From an uncultured Gammaproteobacteria bacterium (GTDB lineage Bacteria; Patescibacteriota; Microgenomatia; Levybacterales; GWA1-39-11): 64,000 nt of DNA. The position numbers were made by a program, and so were the translations under genes. The stretch spans positions 479,359 to 543,358 of the forward strand of contig CAYMYC010000001.1 in NCBI GenBank assembly GCA_964394645.1. The letters run 5' to 3'. The first letter of the stretch is position 1, and each line of letters begins with the position of its first letter. Under the pieces are notes generated by a model, which ran no database searches, was not told where the DNA came from, and saw nothing but the letters and a program-made list of their open reading frames with translations. Of this stretch, positions 31,410 to 41,594 are shown piece by piece.

Positions 31410-32359
31410 AGGCTCTTACTATTTGGCCTAGCAAGCAATTTTGTTCCACTGGTTATTCCTGATAGCACTTCAGCCTTAACGAAACCTTTTTCTCCAATTT
31501 GAATTTCAGTAAGTTGATCATTTTTGCTTTCAGCTTTTTTAATATATGTCTTTCCATCTTTATAAATCACGGCACTCATAGGAATTGTAAGTGTATTTTC
31601 TTTATGAATCATTTCTATTGAAGCAATTGCAGTCATGTTAGGACTGAGATTTGCTGGAATATCGTCTATCTGAATTTTCACTTCAAACGTTACAGATCCA
31701 CCAGTATTGGTTCCAATAGTGTCAATGCTTTTAACCTTTCCAGTCAAGATTTTATCTTTAAATGCATCGAATATTATAGAAACCTTTTGACCTGCCGAAA
31801 TTCTGGGTGCGTATATCTCATTGACGTACACAGTTAATAACGGGTCATTTTCAAGCGTGTCCTCATACGCAATTTTTGCAAGGTTAACTTGAGCGTTAGC
31901 GGCCGCAATAGAAATACCTGCCTCTTTATATTGTGATTCCGCTGCCTGAAAATCCTTATGCGCCTGAACGAGCGCCGATTCTAAACTCATCTTTTCTAAA
32001 TCTGTGTATTCGTTTTTAGTACTCGGATTGATTGTATGATCATTTTTATAATTAATATTATTTTCGGCTGTTAAGATGGCTTGTCTTTTTGTCCACATTG
32101 TAGCGTCTTCTGCTCGTTTATTTTGATTTGCAGTTGTAAGTAGGCTAATTGCGTTTTGATATGCCGTGTAGGCAGCAGCTTTTTCCGTATCTGATGCTGT
32201 TTTATGAAATATTCCACTTACTTGAACCGTCTCAAGGAGAGTTTCGTGTTGTACCGTATACAAAAGGCGCGTGTCTGGTTTTTGAATTAGTAAGAATCTT
32301 AATCCAACTATGCTTACAACAACTAAAGGAACAAATATGTAGATTTTATATAATTTCAT
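31406..32359 (-). CDS. Efflux membrane-fusion (HlyD/MacA-like) protein
   Basis: N-terminal TM, helical hairpin, VNEIYAPRISAGQ, PNMTA, IPMSAV. Confidence 0.85.
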   Translation of the reverse strand: MKLYKIYIFVPLVVVSIVGLRFLLIQKPDTRLLYTVQHETLLETVQVSGIFHKTASDTEKAAAYTAYQNAISLLTTANQNKRAEDATMWTKRQAILTAENNINYKNDHTINPSTKNEYTDLEKMSLESALVQAHKDFQAAESQYKEAGISIAAANAQVNLAKIAYEDTLENDPLLTVYVNEIYAPRISAGQKVSIIFDAFKDKILTGKVKSIDTIGTNTGGSVTFEVKIQIDDIPANLSPNMTAIASIEMIHKENTLTIPMSAVIYKDGKTYIKKAESKNDQLTEIQIGEKGFVKAEVLSGITSGTKLLARPNSKSL

Positions 32360-32360
32360 G

Positions 32361-32798
32361 TTATTTAGCTTTGTTTTGAGAGTCTAATATATTTGTAAAT
32401 ATACGTATCATTTCTTTTAAATCCTCTTTCGGAATAGAAGATATAATTGCATACTTTGAAGCTAGTAAATTTTTGTTAAATATCATTAATTGTTTTTCAC
32501 CTTTTTTTGTTAATGAAAGTGTAACTAAGCGTCTGTCATTCTTATCGTTTTCGCGTTTGACTAAACCTCTATCTACCAAACGGTTTAGTAGTTGTGTAAC
32601 GGAAGAAAATGACACATTTAGTTCACTAACTAAAGCTCCAACTGAGGTATTGGGATTCTGTTTAATAAATTTGAGAGCTTGAGTTTGCAATAAAGTTAGA
32701 GCTTTGTCTTCAAAAGAACTAGTTTTTTCAAGCAACTTTCTTACTTTGAGTGCTTTATTTAAAAACTCTGCAAGTAATTTAATATCAAGTACATTCAT
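32361..32798 (-). CDS. MarR-family transcriptional regulator
   Basis: LTLLQ, SSVTQLLNRLVDRGLVKR, DRR..LSLTKKG; start 32798. Confidence 0.92.
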   Translation of the reverse strand: MNVLDIKLLAEFLNKALKVRKLLEKTSSFEDKALTLLQTQALKFIKQNPNTSVGALVSELNVSFSSVTQLLNRLVDRGLVKRENDKNDRRLVTLSLTKKGEKQLMIFNKNLLASKYAIISSIPKEDLKEMIRIFTNILDSQNKAK

Positions 32799-33031
32799 AG
32801 ATATAATATATTTAATGTCATAAATAATTAATATCATTAAGCAATAAAAATGTCAATAGGTTGAGAGTTATCTCTGTTTGTATAAACACATATAAGAAAT
32901 TTGGATCAACTTGGCCACATGTTCCACTCATGGATTTTAAATTCAGCCCAATGGGTATGGAACACTTTTAGCCTTAAATAATTTACTGAGGAAAATGAAG
33001 CTAAGTTATTTGGCCTTGAATTTTTGATTTG

Positions 33032-33103
33032 TGATCCGGCAGGGGCTCGAACCCTGAACCAAAAGCTTAAAAGGCTTTTGCTCTACCATTGAGCTACCGG
33101 ACC
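33032..33103 (-). tRNA. tRNA-Lys(UUU)
   Basis: GGTCCGG/CCGGATC acceptor, AAAGC-CTTTTAA-GCTTT anticodon arm, TTCGAGC. Confidence 0.94.
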
Positions 33104-33292
33104 TATATTCAAGAATATACTTGAATGTATGAAATTTTACCAGATTGTATGTGCTTAAATCAATCGTGAGCGTACAGTGACAATTTAGTTAAAAAATCAA
33201 GTCTATGCGGCTAAAATTCTAACAGAAATGTTTAATAATCCTCAGAATTGAGTTTTGGTCTTAAAATTCGTATAATTGTATGGTCACTTTAT

Positions 33293-33366
33293 GGCGCCAT
33301 CGTCTAGTGGCCTAGGACCCGACGTTTTCAGCGTCGTGATCAGGGGTTCGAATCCCCTTGGCGTCA
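33293..33366 (+). tRNA. tRNA-Glu(UUC)
   Basis: GGCGCCA/TGGCGTC, CGACG-TTTTCAG-CGTCG, TTCGAAT. Confidence 0.94.
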
Positions 33367-33498
33367 CAAACATCTTATAGTTTGCTAGAGTAAATAAATG
33401 AGGTTGTAATCTGAAAGAGCGAGTTTGAAGTTATCAATTTCAGGGTCACTTAGATTTAGACTCTTCATATTCTTTATTTTTGCATATATTCTATTTTC

Positions 33499-34083
33499 CT
33501 AATTTTCCTCTGTCATTTTTTGAAGTACGTTGATAGATTCAATGTTTTGATTTATACGAAAAGGTAAAAAATTGTCCTCTAAGGTTAGCGCGACATATTT
33601 TATCCAGTGGTCCAAACTTCCACCTGAAACTGAAATAAGCATGTCAGGTCTTTTCCAAAGCTTTTGTCCACCATTAAAGGAGGGTTTATCCGTGTAGTAT
33701 GTGACAGGGTGTAGGCGCTCGTCTGGTTTTAAAAGTTGATTTGATCTAAAGTTTTTTTCAAGATTTAGAAATAATTCAGGCTCAATTGCTACTACTTTAT
33801 AATTTCCTTCTTCATACCAATTTGGATCAGATATTCGAAGACCGGCATATTCAGTTAAGGTTTCCGTATATTTTACTTCCTCAATGAATTCTCCAAATGA
33901 AATATCCGGCTTAAGTCCTAAAATATACTGAAAATTAATAGGTCTATTTTTCTTATCTTTGAGTCCTCCTAGGTAAGTATTAAAGTAATCTTTAGATAAT
34001 TTTTCAATAAAACTTGATTCAGTAATTTTTTGGGGTAGTGAAGAAAGTTTTTTTAGTTTAAAGAAGTTATCTGCTTCAGGCAT
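33499..34083 (-). CDS. Hypothetical protein
   Basis: 194 aa ORF with -10-like TAATACAAG just upstream. Confidence 0.6.
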   Translation of the reverse strand: MPEADNFFKLKKLSSLPQKITESSFIEKLSKDYFNTYLGGLKDKKNRPINFQYILGLKPDISFGEFIEEVKYTETLTEYAGLRISDPNWYEEGNYKVVAIEPELFLNLEKNFRSNQLLKPDERLHPVTYYTDKPSFNGGQKLWKRPDMLISVSGGSLDHWIKYVALTLEDNFLPFRINQNIESINVLQKMTEEN

Positions 34084-34109
34084 TCTTGTATTATATATTA
34101 ATAATTCCT

Positions 34110-34799
34110 TTACTTTTTATCATGTTTTTTATCCTCGAATATATCTGACTCTAGTTCTTGCACAAATTCTCCTAGCCTTCCGTTTTTATGAGAGTGTTTT
34201 ATAAACATAAGAGCTAAAACTGATCCAAAAATTCCACCCAAAAAATCATCTATAAGGTCCGTCATGGTGTCTGCATTCGCTGATTGTTGTGCGTTGCCTT
34301 GGAAATGATGCCAGTTTTTCACAAATGGGTATACAAACGTATCTGAAGAATATTCAAATATTTCCCATAATGCTCCCACCCCTAAGGATAATAGAGACAC
34401 AATAATGACTATAGAAAGACCCGATGCTTTTAGTCTATTTGTTGCATACATTGTGTATGCAATAAGAAATCCTATTGTTCCTACAAAAAGGGGTAGCATA
34501 AAGTGAACGAGTTTATCATAATATGGAATCTTATTATATAAATCATGTACTCCACCTAAAACGTATTGCAGAAGAACCATCAGGAAGAGAAAAATCTCTA
34601 TTTCTATAGGAATTTGTTTTATCTTATTTCTCGTAAAGAATTTAGGAAACACAATCAGACAAAAACACACAAGTATGAGTAGTCCGTTTGTGGTGTCTCC
34701 CAGAAACGTTTGGTATACACCTGATATGCCTATAAATATTTCAAGTACTATTGAAGTTCTTTTTTCCCAACTTGGAACTTTATTTTCAAGAATTCTCAT
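34110..34799 (-). CDS. Integral membrane protein (DUF2238/YjdF-like)
   Basis: YDKLVHF, GALWEIFEY, DTMTDL motifs; multiple TMs. Confidence 0.7.
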   Translation of the reverse strand: MRILENKVPSWEKRTSIVLEIFIGISGVYQTFLGDTTNGLLILVCFCLIVFPKFFTRNKIKQIPIEIEIFLFLMVLLQYVLGGVHDLYNKIPYYDKLVHFMLPLFVGTIGFLIAYTMYATNRLKASGLSIVIIVSLLSLGVGALWEIFEYSSDTFVYPFVKNWHHFQGNAQQSANADTMTDLIDDFLGGIFGSVLALMFIKHSHKNGRLGEFVQELESDIFEDKKHDKK

Positions 34800-34915
34800 A
34801 CCTATTAGTTTTTCAAAAATAGCTATTTCTGTCAAGGATATGTTGCTTTCACAATTAAATTCCCCCTTGTGCGTAACTCGTATTTTTCATACCATACACT
34901 CGTAAACTAATTGGT

Positions 34916-36580
34916 ATGAAGAATTTTGTGCTAGTGCTTTTGCTGTTTCTGACAAGAATTGTATTTATTGCTCCTTACGCTTTGTTTTTTGACGGTCCTG
35001 AATATGAGCGGTTGATAATGCATAATAATTTGTTATCAGCCTTGACGTTTGGACATGAGCCTATACACCCAGGATTCATTCTTCCCTCATGGCTCGTGTT
35101 TAGAACCGTAGGACCGCTTTTTGCTGTGTCTTCCGTAATTGCAGGTGAGGTAGTCGCAGTAGTTGCGTCAGTTATTTCACTTTTTGTATTTTATAAAATT
35201 ACAGAAATATATTTTAGTAAAAAAATTGCATTACGTGCCGTGATAATTGCTTCACTGCTTCCTGTTTTTTTTCTTTCAAGCGTGAATTTGTTAAATGATA
35301 CAACTTATATCTGCTTTTACCTTTTAGCATTTTACTTTCTATCAGGTTTTATCCTAAACAGAAGGAAAAAAGAGTATTTCTGGGGTTTTATTTGTCTTTC
35401 TTATTCAGTTTTTACGCACACACAGATACTTTTGTGGCTACCTCTCTTTTTTTTGCCAATTATTTTTGTACAGAAGTCGAAAAGAAAAGGAGTTTTAAAA
35501 AAAATTATACTGTTCTTATTTTGTGGTGCGGGATTTGGCATATTTTCACTTATTTTACTTTTAGCCTTTACTGGTAGTAGTTTTTCACACAGTATTGAAT
35601 TGTTATTTATGCATGGGGGAGATATCATGATGTCGCCTGACGCTATTCAAACAGGAGGAAGATTTGCACGGAATTTGGTGATAATTCTTTTACGAAATAA
35701 TTCATCAATTGTAATTTTATACGCATTCATAGGGCTAATATATTTATTTAAATATGACAAAAAGAGGTTAGCCTTTTGTCTTGTCTGGATACTTCCTGTG
35801 CTTATAGCTTCCCAATATTGGCATATAGGATTGTTTGGAAGAGTCAGTCTTATTGCAAGCTTCCCGATCGCCTTGTTATCGGCACATGTTAAGAGTAGGA
35901 TAGCTTTTGTTTTCCTGGTGTTCTGCCTATTAATTTTTACTGTACCATTGGCAATTGAGAACAGCATGTCTACATTGCATAAGAGAGTAAGACAATTGTA
36001 TTCAGAAATTCCCAAAGATTCTGTTCTGATAAGCTCCAATCTTATCCGCCCGCAAGTTACTTTTAGAGGTGAAAAATATTTTATAAACGAGCCAGGGCAA
36101 GATATTGCATTTATTAAACAAAAAATAAACAGTGCGCTACTCAACAATAAAAAAGTATTTATAGATTCTCAGGCAGTTTATAATCCTTATTATTCGCTTG
36201 ATGGAAATAGATTGCACATTTTGTCCCTTGGTAAAGTTGGAAATACGAAGGTTAGAGAGTTATTTAAAACATATACAGTAACTATTTCTCACGATGTGAA
36301 TCCTGAAAAAAGAGTATTTTTATACCAAATAAATGGTTTAGTGAAAAGAAATAGAAAAAATATTTACGGGGAAACGGCTCCTGGAAAAGAAGTGATTATT
36401 TATTCTCAAAACATATTTTCAAAAGTTTCTCCATTACGTATGGATTATGGGGATATAGGAGTATGGATTTACTATTTTTCTATGAATAAAACAGATGCCT
36501 TAGGGTGGACAATAGGTGATAAACGTGGAAAATATGAATTTCCTAAAATAGAGTTAAGCGGTAAGTACTACTTGCAGTAA
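34916..36580 (+). CDS. GT-C fold membrane glycosyltransferase (PMT/ArnT-like)
   Basis: Acidic loop after TM1 (FFDGPEY), HPG, about 11 TMs, C-terminal soluble domain. Confidence 0.65.
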   Translation: MKNFVLVLLLFLTRIVFIAPYALFFDGPEYERLIMHNNLLSALTFGHEPIHPGFILPSWLVFRTVGPLFAVSSVIAGEVVAVVASVISLFVFYKITEIYFSKKIALRAVIIASLLPVFFLSSVNLLNDTTYICFYLLAFYFLSGFILNRRKKEYFWGFICLSYSVFTHTQILLWLPLFFLPIIFVQKSKRKGVLKKIILFLFCGAGFGIFSLILLLAFTGSSFSHSIELLFMHGGDIMMSPDAIQTGGRFARNLVIILLRNNSSIVILYAFIGLIYLFKYDKKRLAFCLVWILPVLIASQYWHIGLFGRVSLIASFPIALLSAHVKSRIAFVFLVFCLLIFTVPLAIENSMSTLHKRVRQLYSEIPKDSVLISSNLIRPQVTFRGEKYFINEPGQDIAFIKQKINSALLNNKKVFIDSQAVYNPYYSLDGNRLHILSLGKVGNTKVRELFKTYTVTISHDVNPEKRVFLYQINGLVKRNRKNIYGETAPGKEVIIYSQNIFSKVSPLRMDYGDIGVWIYYFSMNKTDALGWTIGDKRGKYEFPKIELSGKYYLQ

Positions 36581-36606
36581 AAAAGAATATTATCTATTAT
36601 GATACT

Positions 36607-36939
36607 ATGCAAGAAAAAAATGTCGGGTATATACTTTTGGGAGTTGGAGTCATCACTATGTTTGTTGCAGTAGGGGTAGTTATCCTTACCTTTACGGGAA
36701 ACATGGCGCCCGTTTCTGTGTTTAACATTAAAGCACCTACCATTGACACGTCTAGTTTTGTGACTAAGCTTTTAGGAGGTGGTCAAAAAATAGAAATTAT
36801 ACCTACTACTGCTTTTAATAAATTGTTAAACTTGGGTATAGAATTTTTACTTATGACCTTTATCTTATCATTCGGATTTAAGCTTGCTGATTTAGGGGTA
36901 AAGTTAGTCCGTCCGCTCCGTAGCCACGTTAAAGAGTAG
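36607..36939 (+). CDS. Small membrane protein
   Basis: 110 aa, two TMs. Confidence 0.65.
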   Translation: MQEKNVGYILLGVGVITMFVAVGVVILTFTGNMAPVSVFNIKAPTIDTSSFVTKLLGGGQKIEIIPTTAFNKLLNLGIEFLLMTFILSFGFKLADLGVKLVRPLRSHVKE

Positions 36940-36953
36940 TATTATAGTTATAC

Positions 36954-37442
36954 CTATGACACTTTCCTTATAGTTAATTTTTTTTCACCGGATGGCAAGA
37001 CAAGGGTTGTGGTATTTCCCACTTTTTTTCCAATTAGCGCTTTTCCTATTGGAGAATGCTGTGTTACTTTGTTTTCTTTAGGGTTGGCTTCTGTATCTCC
37101 TACAACATAGTAGGTTATTTCATTATTACCGTCAAACACTATGACCGTTGATCCAATAGAAATGCCATGAGTTTCAGATTCATTTACTATTTCAGCAAAC
37201 TTTATTGTCATTTCTGCTCTAAAAATCTGGTTATCTATAGAGGAAAGTCTTGCCTTGGCTGCTGTGTACAATCCATTTTCGGATAGGTCTCCTAGTTCTC
37301 TTGCTCGTGCTAATTCCTTAACTGCTGCCGGACGTGTTTTTTTAAGTTCATCTACCTGTCTTAGCAAGTTTTGATATCCTTCTTTTGTAAAGGAGATTTT
37401 TTTTAATTTACTTAATTTGTCATGTGTGGTAAGTTTTGGCAT
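36954..37442 (-). CDS. greA: Transcription elongation factor GreA
   Basis: ARELGDLSENGLY, SPIGKALIGK. Confidence 0.93.
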   Translation of the reverse strand: MPKLTTHDKLSKLKKISFTKEGYQNLLRQVDELKKTRPAAVKELARARELGDLSENGLYTAAKARLSSIDNQIFRAEMTIKFAEIVNESETHGISIGSTVIVFDGNNEITYYVVGDTEANPKENKVTQHSPIGKALIGKKVGNTTTLVLPSGEKKLTIRKVS

Positions 37443-37461
37443 ATCGTTAGCATGAGACCTA

Positions 37462-37752
37462 TTATGAAGTCACCCCGATAAAATCAATCATTGGGAATTG
37501 TCCCCGCACTGCGTCCCAAAATTTTTCAGATAAATTGTTTGAAAATTTTGAGTATTGAGAAGTTGTTGATTTAGCCACTACTGACTGTTCATAGCGTCTT
37601 ATAATATCTAATGCTTTTTCTCCTTCCACGTTATATTCAGCTTGGTATTCCTCAGGATTTTGCTTATAGTTATCATGCAGTTTCTTAAAAGAGTCAAAAA
37701 AAACTTTGTTTTCTTCTATCATAGCAAGAAAATATTTTTGGTATTTTGTCAT
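37462..37752 (-). CDS. Hypothetical protein
   Basis: 96 aa ORF. Confidence 0.7.
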   Translation of the reverse strand: MTKYQKYFLAMIEENKVFFDSFKKLHDNYKQNPEEYQAEYNVEGEKALDIIRRYEQSVVAKSTTSQYSKFSNNLSEKFWDAVRGQFPMIDFIGVTS

Positions 37753-37823
37753 AAGTATTATTCTACCATGATTTTTTGAAAAATTCGAGGCTGTAAGGTT
37801 TTGTCAAATGGTATAATAAAGAT

Positions 37824-38987
37824 ATGCAAAAAAAGATAATATCTTTCCTTCTACTTTTGGTAAGTTTTATAACCATATTGCCTAATGCTAATGCTGCATT
37901 TGCCCAAGATCCATTGAGTAGACCGAATAATTTTTTTGGAATTCATATACTTTTCCCCTCAGAGCTTGACCAGGCAAAGAATTTAGTGAATAGTAAAGGT
38001 GGAGATTGGGGGTATGTAACTATACCTATTCAGATGTACGACCGTGATATGGAGAAGTGGCAACAGTTCATGGATAAGGCAAAAGAGTTGCATGTAATTC
38101 CTCTTGTGCGCTTAGCTACTCAAAATCACCCATTAAATACAAGTGTTTGGCGAAAACCTACCTATTCTGATGTTTTAGATTTTGCAAACTTTTTGTCCTC
38201 TATCCGTTGGCCAACTGAGAACAAGTATGTAATACTTTTTAATGAGGTAAATAGGTTTGATGAGTGGGCGGGGGAATATCCAAGTCCACAGGAATACGCA
38301 GATATTGTTTCATATGCTTATGAAATATTTAAAGAAAGAGATCCAAATTTCTTTATGATACTAGGTGGAATGGATGCTGCAGCTCCTAATGATTACACAA
38401 AATACATAAGTGGATTAGATTATTTGACGCAGTTAGTTAATACAACAAACATAGAAGATAAAATTGACGGATTTTCAAGTCACTCTTATCCAAACCCTGC
38501 ATTTTCAGCATACCCCTCAGAAAACAAAAAAGTAGGTGTTGCAACCTATAGATTTGAGTACGAATTGCTGAATAAATCAGCACCCAAGAAGCTTCCTGTG
38601 TTTATTACTGAAACTGGTTGGAGTAATAAATCGCTCCCTGATTCTATAATTGCAAAATATTACGATATGACAATCTCACAAATATGGAATAAAGATAAAG
38701 ACAAAATTGTGGCTATCACTCCTTTTTTGTTGAACGCAACGGGTGAGCCATTCGATCAATTTTCATTTTTCAAAAATGGTACTGAGGCAGACTTCTCAAA
38801 ACTTATTGGATCACTTCAAAAAACAAAAGGCTCGCCACTGCTTTCTTCATCTCTGAAAGTAGTTTCTGAGGCAAAAACAAAAACACTTTCTGTCGCAAAA
38901 TTTGAAATAACAGGGGAAAAAGAAAAAAAGCTTACCATATCACCTCTGGTAACCATGTATTTCAAAACTATTTTTGGAATAAACTAA
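37824..38987 (+). CDS. Secreted clan GH-A glycoside hydrolase-like protein
   Basis: Signal peptide, FNEVN acid/base, SHSYP, ITETGW nucleophile. Confidence 0.8.
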   Translation: MQKKIISFLLLLVSFITILPNANAAFAQDPLSRPNNFFGIHILFPSELDQAKNLVNSKGGDWGYVTIPIQMYDRDMEKWQQFMDKAKELHVIPLVRLATQNHPLNTSVWRKPTYSDVLDFANFLSSIRWPTENKYVILFNEVNRFDEWAGEYPSPQEYADIVSYAYEIFKERDPNFFMILGGMDAAAPNDYTKYISGLDYLTQLVNTTNIEDKIDGFSSHSYPNPAFSAYPSENKKVGVATYRFEYELLNKSAPKKLPVFITETGWSNKSLPDSIIAKYYDMTISQIWNKDKDKIVAITPFLLNATGEPFDQFSFFKNGTEADFSKLIGSLQKTKGSPLLSSSLKVVSEAKTKTLSVAKFEITGEKEKKLTISPLVTMYFKTIFGIN

Positions 38988-39012
38988 ACTGTGATACAAT
39001 GATTCACTCCTC

Positions 39013-39444
39013 ATGTTTGGTAAAAAGAAAAAACAAGTAGTCAAAAAGAAAAATTCTTCCACAAAGAGATTAACTTGGCATTCTGACACTAAGTTAACAG
39101 AAAGGGTAAGAGGTGTAATTACAGAGATTGGTTTTTTACATGTTCAAAAACAGAGAATATTTTGTTTTAGGACTGAAGGTTCAAAATCTAGGGCATACGC
39201 AAGAATTTGGGCATTTCCTAAAATTTTTCAGAACGTGCTTGAGATAGAGCCTGCGTATGTCATAGAGGTAATAAACAAATATTACGACAAATTAAGTTAT
39301 GAGGAGCAAACAAAAGTGTTAATTCATGAGCTTTTACATATTCCTAAAAATTTTTCAGGGAGCCTACTTCCCCACAAACATAGTGGAAAAACAATTGAAA
39401 AGGAAGTAGAACGAATTTATAAGAGCATGGAGAAAAAAGCATGA
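39013..39444 (+). CDS. Putative zinc metallopeptidase
   Basis: VLIHELLHIP HExxH motif, AYARIW. Confidence 0.75.
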   Translation: MFGKKKKQVVKKKNSSTKRLTWHSDTKLTERVRGVITEIGFLHVQKQRIFCFRTEGSKSRAYARIWAFPKIFQNVLEIEPAYVIEVINKYYDKLSYEEQTKVLIHELLHIPKNFSGSLLPHKHSGKTIEKEVERIYKSMEKKA

Positions 39445-40124
39445 TACATATAATTCACGGGGATGATATTGCGGCTTCAAGAAAAAGGCTAACTGAAATA
39501 GTTGAAACTTCAAAGAGCATAATATATCTTGACGCGGAAAAGGCTAAAAGTGATGAAATATCCCAAGCTTTTTCTTCAACGGATATGTTTTTTGACGCAA
39601 AATGCATAGTTATAGAGAAAGTCCTAAAACTCTCTAAAGAAGATTTGGCGCATGTTATATTAGAGAGTAACTCAAAAGATCTTCATAACCATATTATTTT
39701 GTGGCACAATACAGAACTATCAAAGCTATTTTTAGGAAAATTTAAAAATACACAGGTAGAGTCTTTTATGCTTCCCAAGTTATTCTTCGCGTTTTTAGAT
39801 AATTTAAGACCTGGAGCTTTGAGTATAGAGCTTGATACCTTGCTCAGGATGCAAAATGTTGAAGCAGAACAGGTTTTTTATGCAATGGTAAAAAGAATAC
39901 GCCTCCTATTGTCAGTTAAGTCAAATTTAGAAAACGAGGAACTTCAAAAAATGAGCCCATGGCAGCGTTCAAGGCTTCACGATCAGGGTAAAAATTGGAC
40001 ACATGCCAATCTTACAGAGCTGTATGAAAAGCTATATCTGACAGAAGTAAAAATGAAGTCTGGGGGACTTATGCTTCCTCTTAGGAAGCATCTTGACATA
40101 TTATTAATACAAGAGTTAAACTAA
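39441..40124 (+). CDS. holA: DNA polymerase III delta subunit-like (short HolA)
   Basis: IIHGDD N-terminus; C-terminal SPWQ..L..Q...L...EVKMKSG pattern. Confidence 0.6.
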   Translation: MIHIIHGDDIAASRKRLTEIVETSKSIIYLDAEKAKSDEISQAFSSTDMFFDAKCIVIEKVLKLSKEDLAHVILESNSKDLHNHIILWHNTELSKLFLGKFKNTQVESFMLPKLFFAFLDNLRPGALSIELDTLLRMQNVEAEQVFYAMVKRIRLLLSVKSNLENEELQKMSPWQRSRLHDQGKNWTHANLTELYEKLYLTEVKMKSGGLMLPLRKHLDILLIQELN

Positions 40125-40132
40125 TTGCCTAT

Positions 40133-41536
40133 ATGGTACCAGACCACATATTTAAAGGGTATGACATCCGCGGAATTTACCCAACAGATTATAACGAAGA
40201 AAATATTGTACCCATAGTAAAGGCAGTTTATACTTTTCTCCATAAAGGAAAACAAGACAACAAACCTCTTACAATTGTTGTAGGTACTGACATGAGAACG
40301 TCATCTCCTAGTCTTACAAAAATAGCAATTGATACACTTGTTAAGCTTGGTGCTCATGTTGTTGATATCGGAATGGTATCAACTCCAACTTTTTATTTTG
40401 CTGTTTCTCATTACGGATATGAATCGGGTTTTCAAATTACTGCTTCACATAACCCAAAAGAGTGGAATGGTATGAAGATAGTTAAAAACAGCCCTGGCGG
40501 TCTTATAAAAATTGGAAAATCAGGTGGGCTTATGGAGATTAAGGAGAGTGCAATAAGTGGTAAATTTATCTCTCCGCAACCAGGTGGAAAAGTAGAAGTG
40601 AAGGATGGAATTCTGGAGGATGAAGTAGAAAATGCGTTAAAAATTGTAGGAAATCCCGTAATTTCAAAATTTAAAATAGTTGCAGATACAGCAAACGCTA
40701 TGGGTGCACAGTATATAGGAGCGTTATTTAAGAAAATTCCCGCAGATCTTATAAAAATGAACTTTGATTATGATGGGACTTTTCCTGCTCATCAACCTGA
40801 TCCGCTTCAGGCAGAGACGTTGGTAGACTTACAGAAAAGAGTTGTTTTCGAGCATGCAGACTTAGGATTAGCACCTGACGGAGATGGAGATAGACTGTTT
40901 TTTGTTGATGAAAATGGTAATATTGTTCCCCCTACTATTATTACTTCAATTATTGCAAAAGATCTTCTGAAGCGTTCACCTGGAGACACTGTGCTAGTTG
41001 ATATTAGGTATCTTTTAACACCTAAAAAAATACTTGAGGAAGTTGGGGGAAAAATGAAGGTAACAAAAGTTGGACATGCCTATATTACTGAAGGATTACA
41101 TGAATCAGGGGGAATTTTTGCAGGAGAATCATCTGCGCATTATTTTTTCAGGGAAACAGGTAACGCAGAATCTCAAATGCCTGTTATCCTAACTGTACTC
41201 AAGGTTATGAGTGAAGAAGGGAAAACGTTGTCGCAATTAGTTGCTGAGTATAGAAGAAGTTATGAGTCAGGAGAAATTAACTATAAAGTAAAAAATGCTT
41301 CAGATATTATGGAAAAAATTAAAGAACAATACAAAGATAGTGAGTTTGTAACGCTGGATGGTATTGCCATAAATTATCCTACTTGGCGTGCATCTGTTAG
41401 AACTTCAAACACTGAACCATTGTTAAGGCTCAACGTTGAGTCGCTTGATGAGTCTGAAATGCATGCAAAAAGAGATGAGCTTAAAGCTTTCATTAACGCT
41501 AATGCTATAAAAGAGAATACTGTTTCAGCGCATTAA
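40133..41536 (+). CDS. Phosphomannomutase/phosphoglucomutase
   Basis: FKGYDIRG, TASHNP, DGDGDR, GESSAH, RTSNTEP. Confidence 0.95.
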   Translation: MVPDHIFKGYDIRGIYPTDYNEENIVPIVKAVYTFLHKGKQDNKPLTIVVGTDMRTSSPSLTKIAIDTLVKLGAHVVDIGMVSTPTFYFAVSHYGYESGFQITASHNPKEWNGMKIVKNSPGGLIKIGKSGGLMEIKESAISGKFISPQPGGKVEVKDGILEDEVENALKIVGNPVISKFKIVADTANAMGAQYIGALFKKIPADLIKMNFDYDGTFPAHQPDPLQAETLVDLQKRVVFEHADLGLAPDGDGDRLFFVDENGNIVPPTIITSIIAKDLLKRSPGDTVLVDIRYLLTPKKILEEVGGKMKVTKVGHAYITEGLHESGGIFAGESSAHYFFRETGNAESQMPVILTVLKVMSEEGKTLSQLVAEYRRSYESGEINYKVKNASDIMEKIKEQYKDSEFVTLDGIAINYPTWRASVRTSNTEPLLRLNVESLDESEMHAKRDELKAFINANAIKENTVSAH

Positions 41537-41594
41537 TACTTTTCATACTTCTTTATTGACTTAACAGTTTTAATTCCGTACGCTTATAGTAAGT

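Noticed and set aside
27719-32978. 11-bp repeat TTAGCCTTAAA at 27719 and 32968
   Set aside because: AT-rich and short, so plausible by chance.
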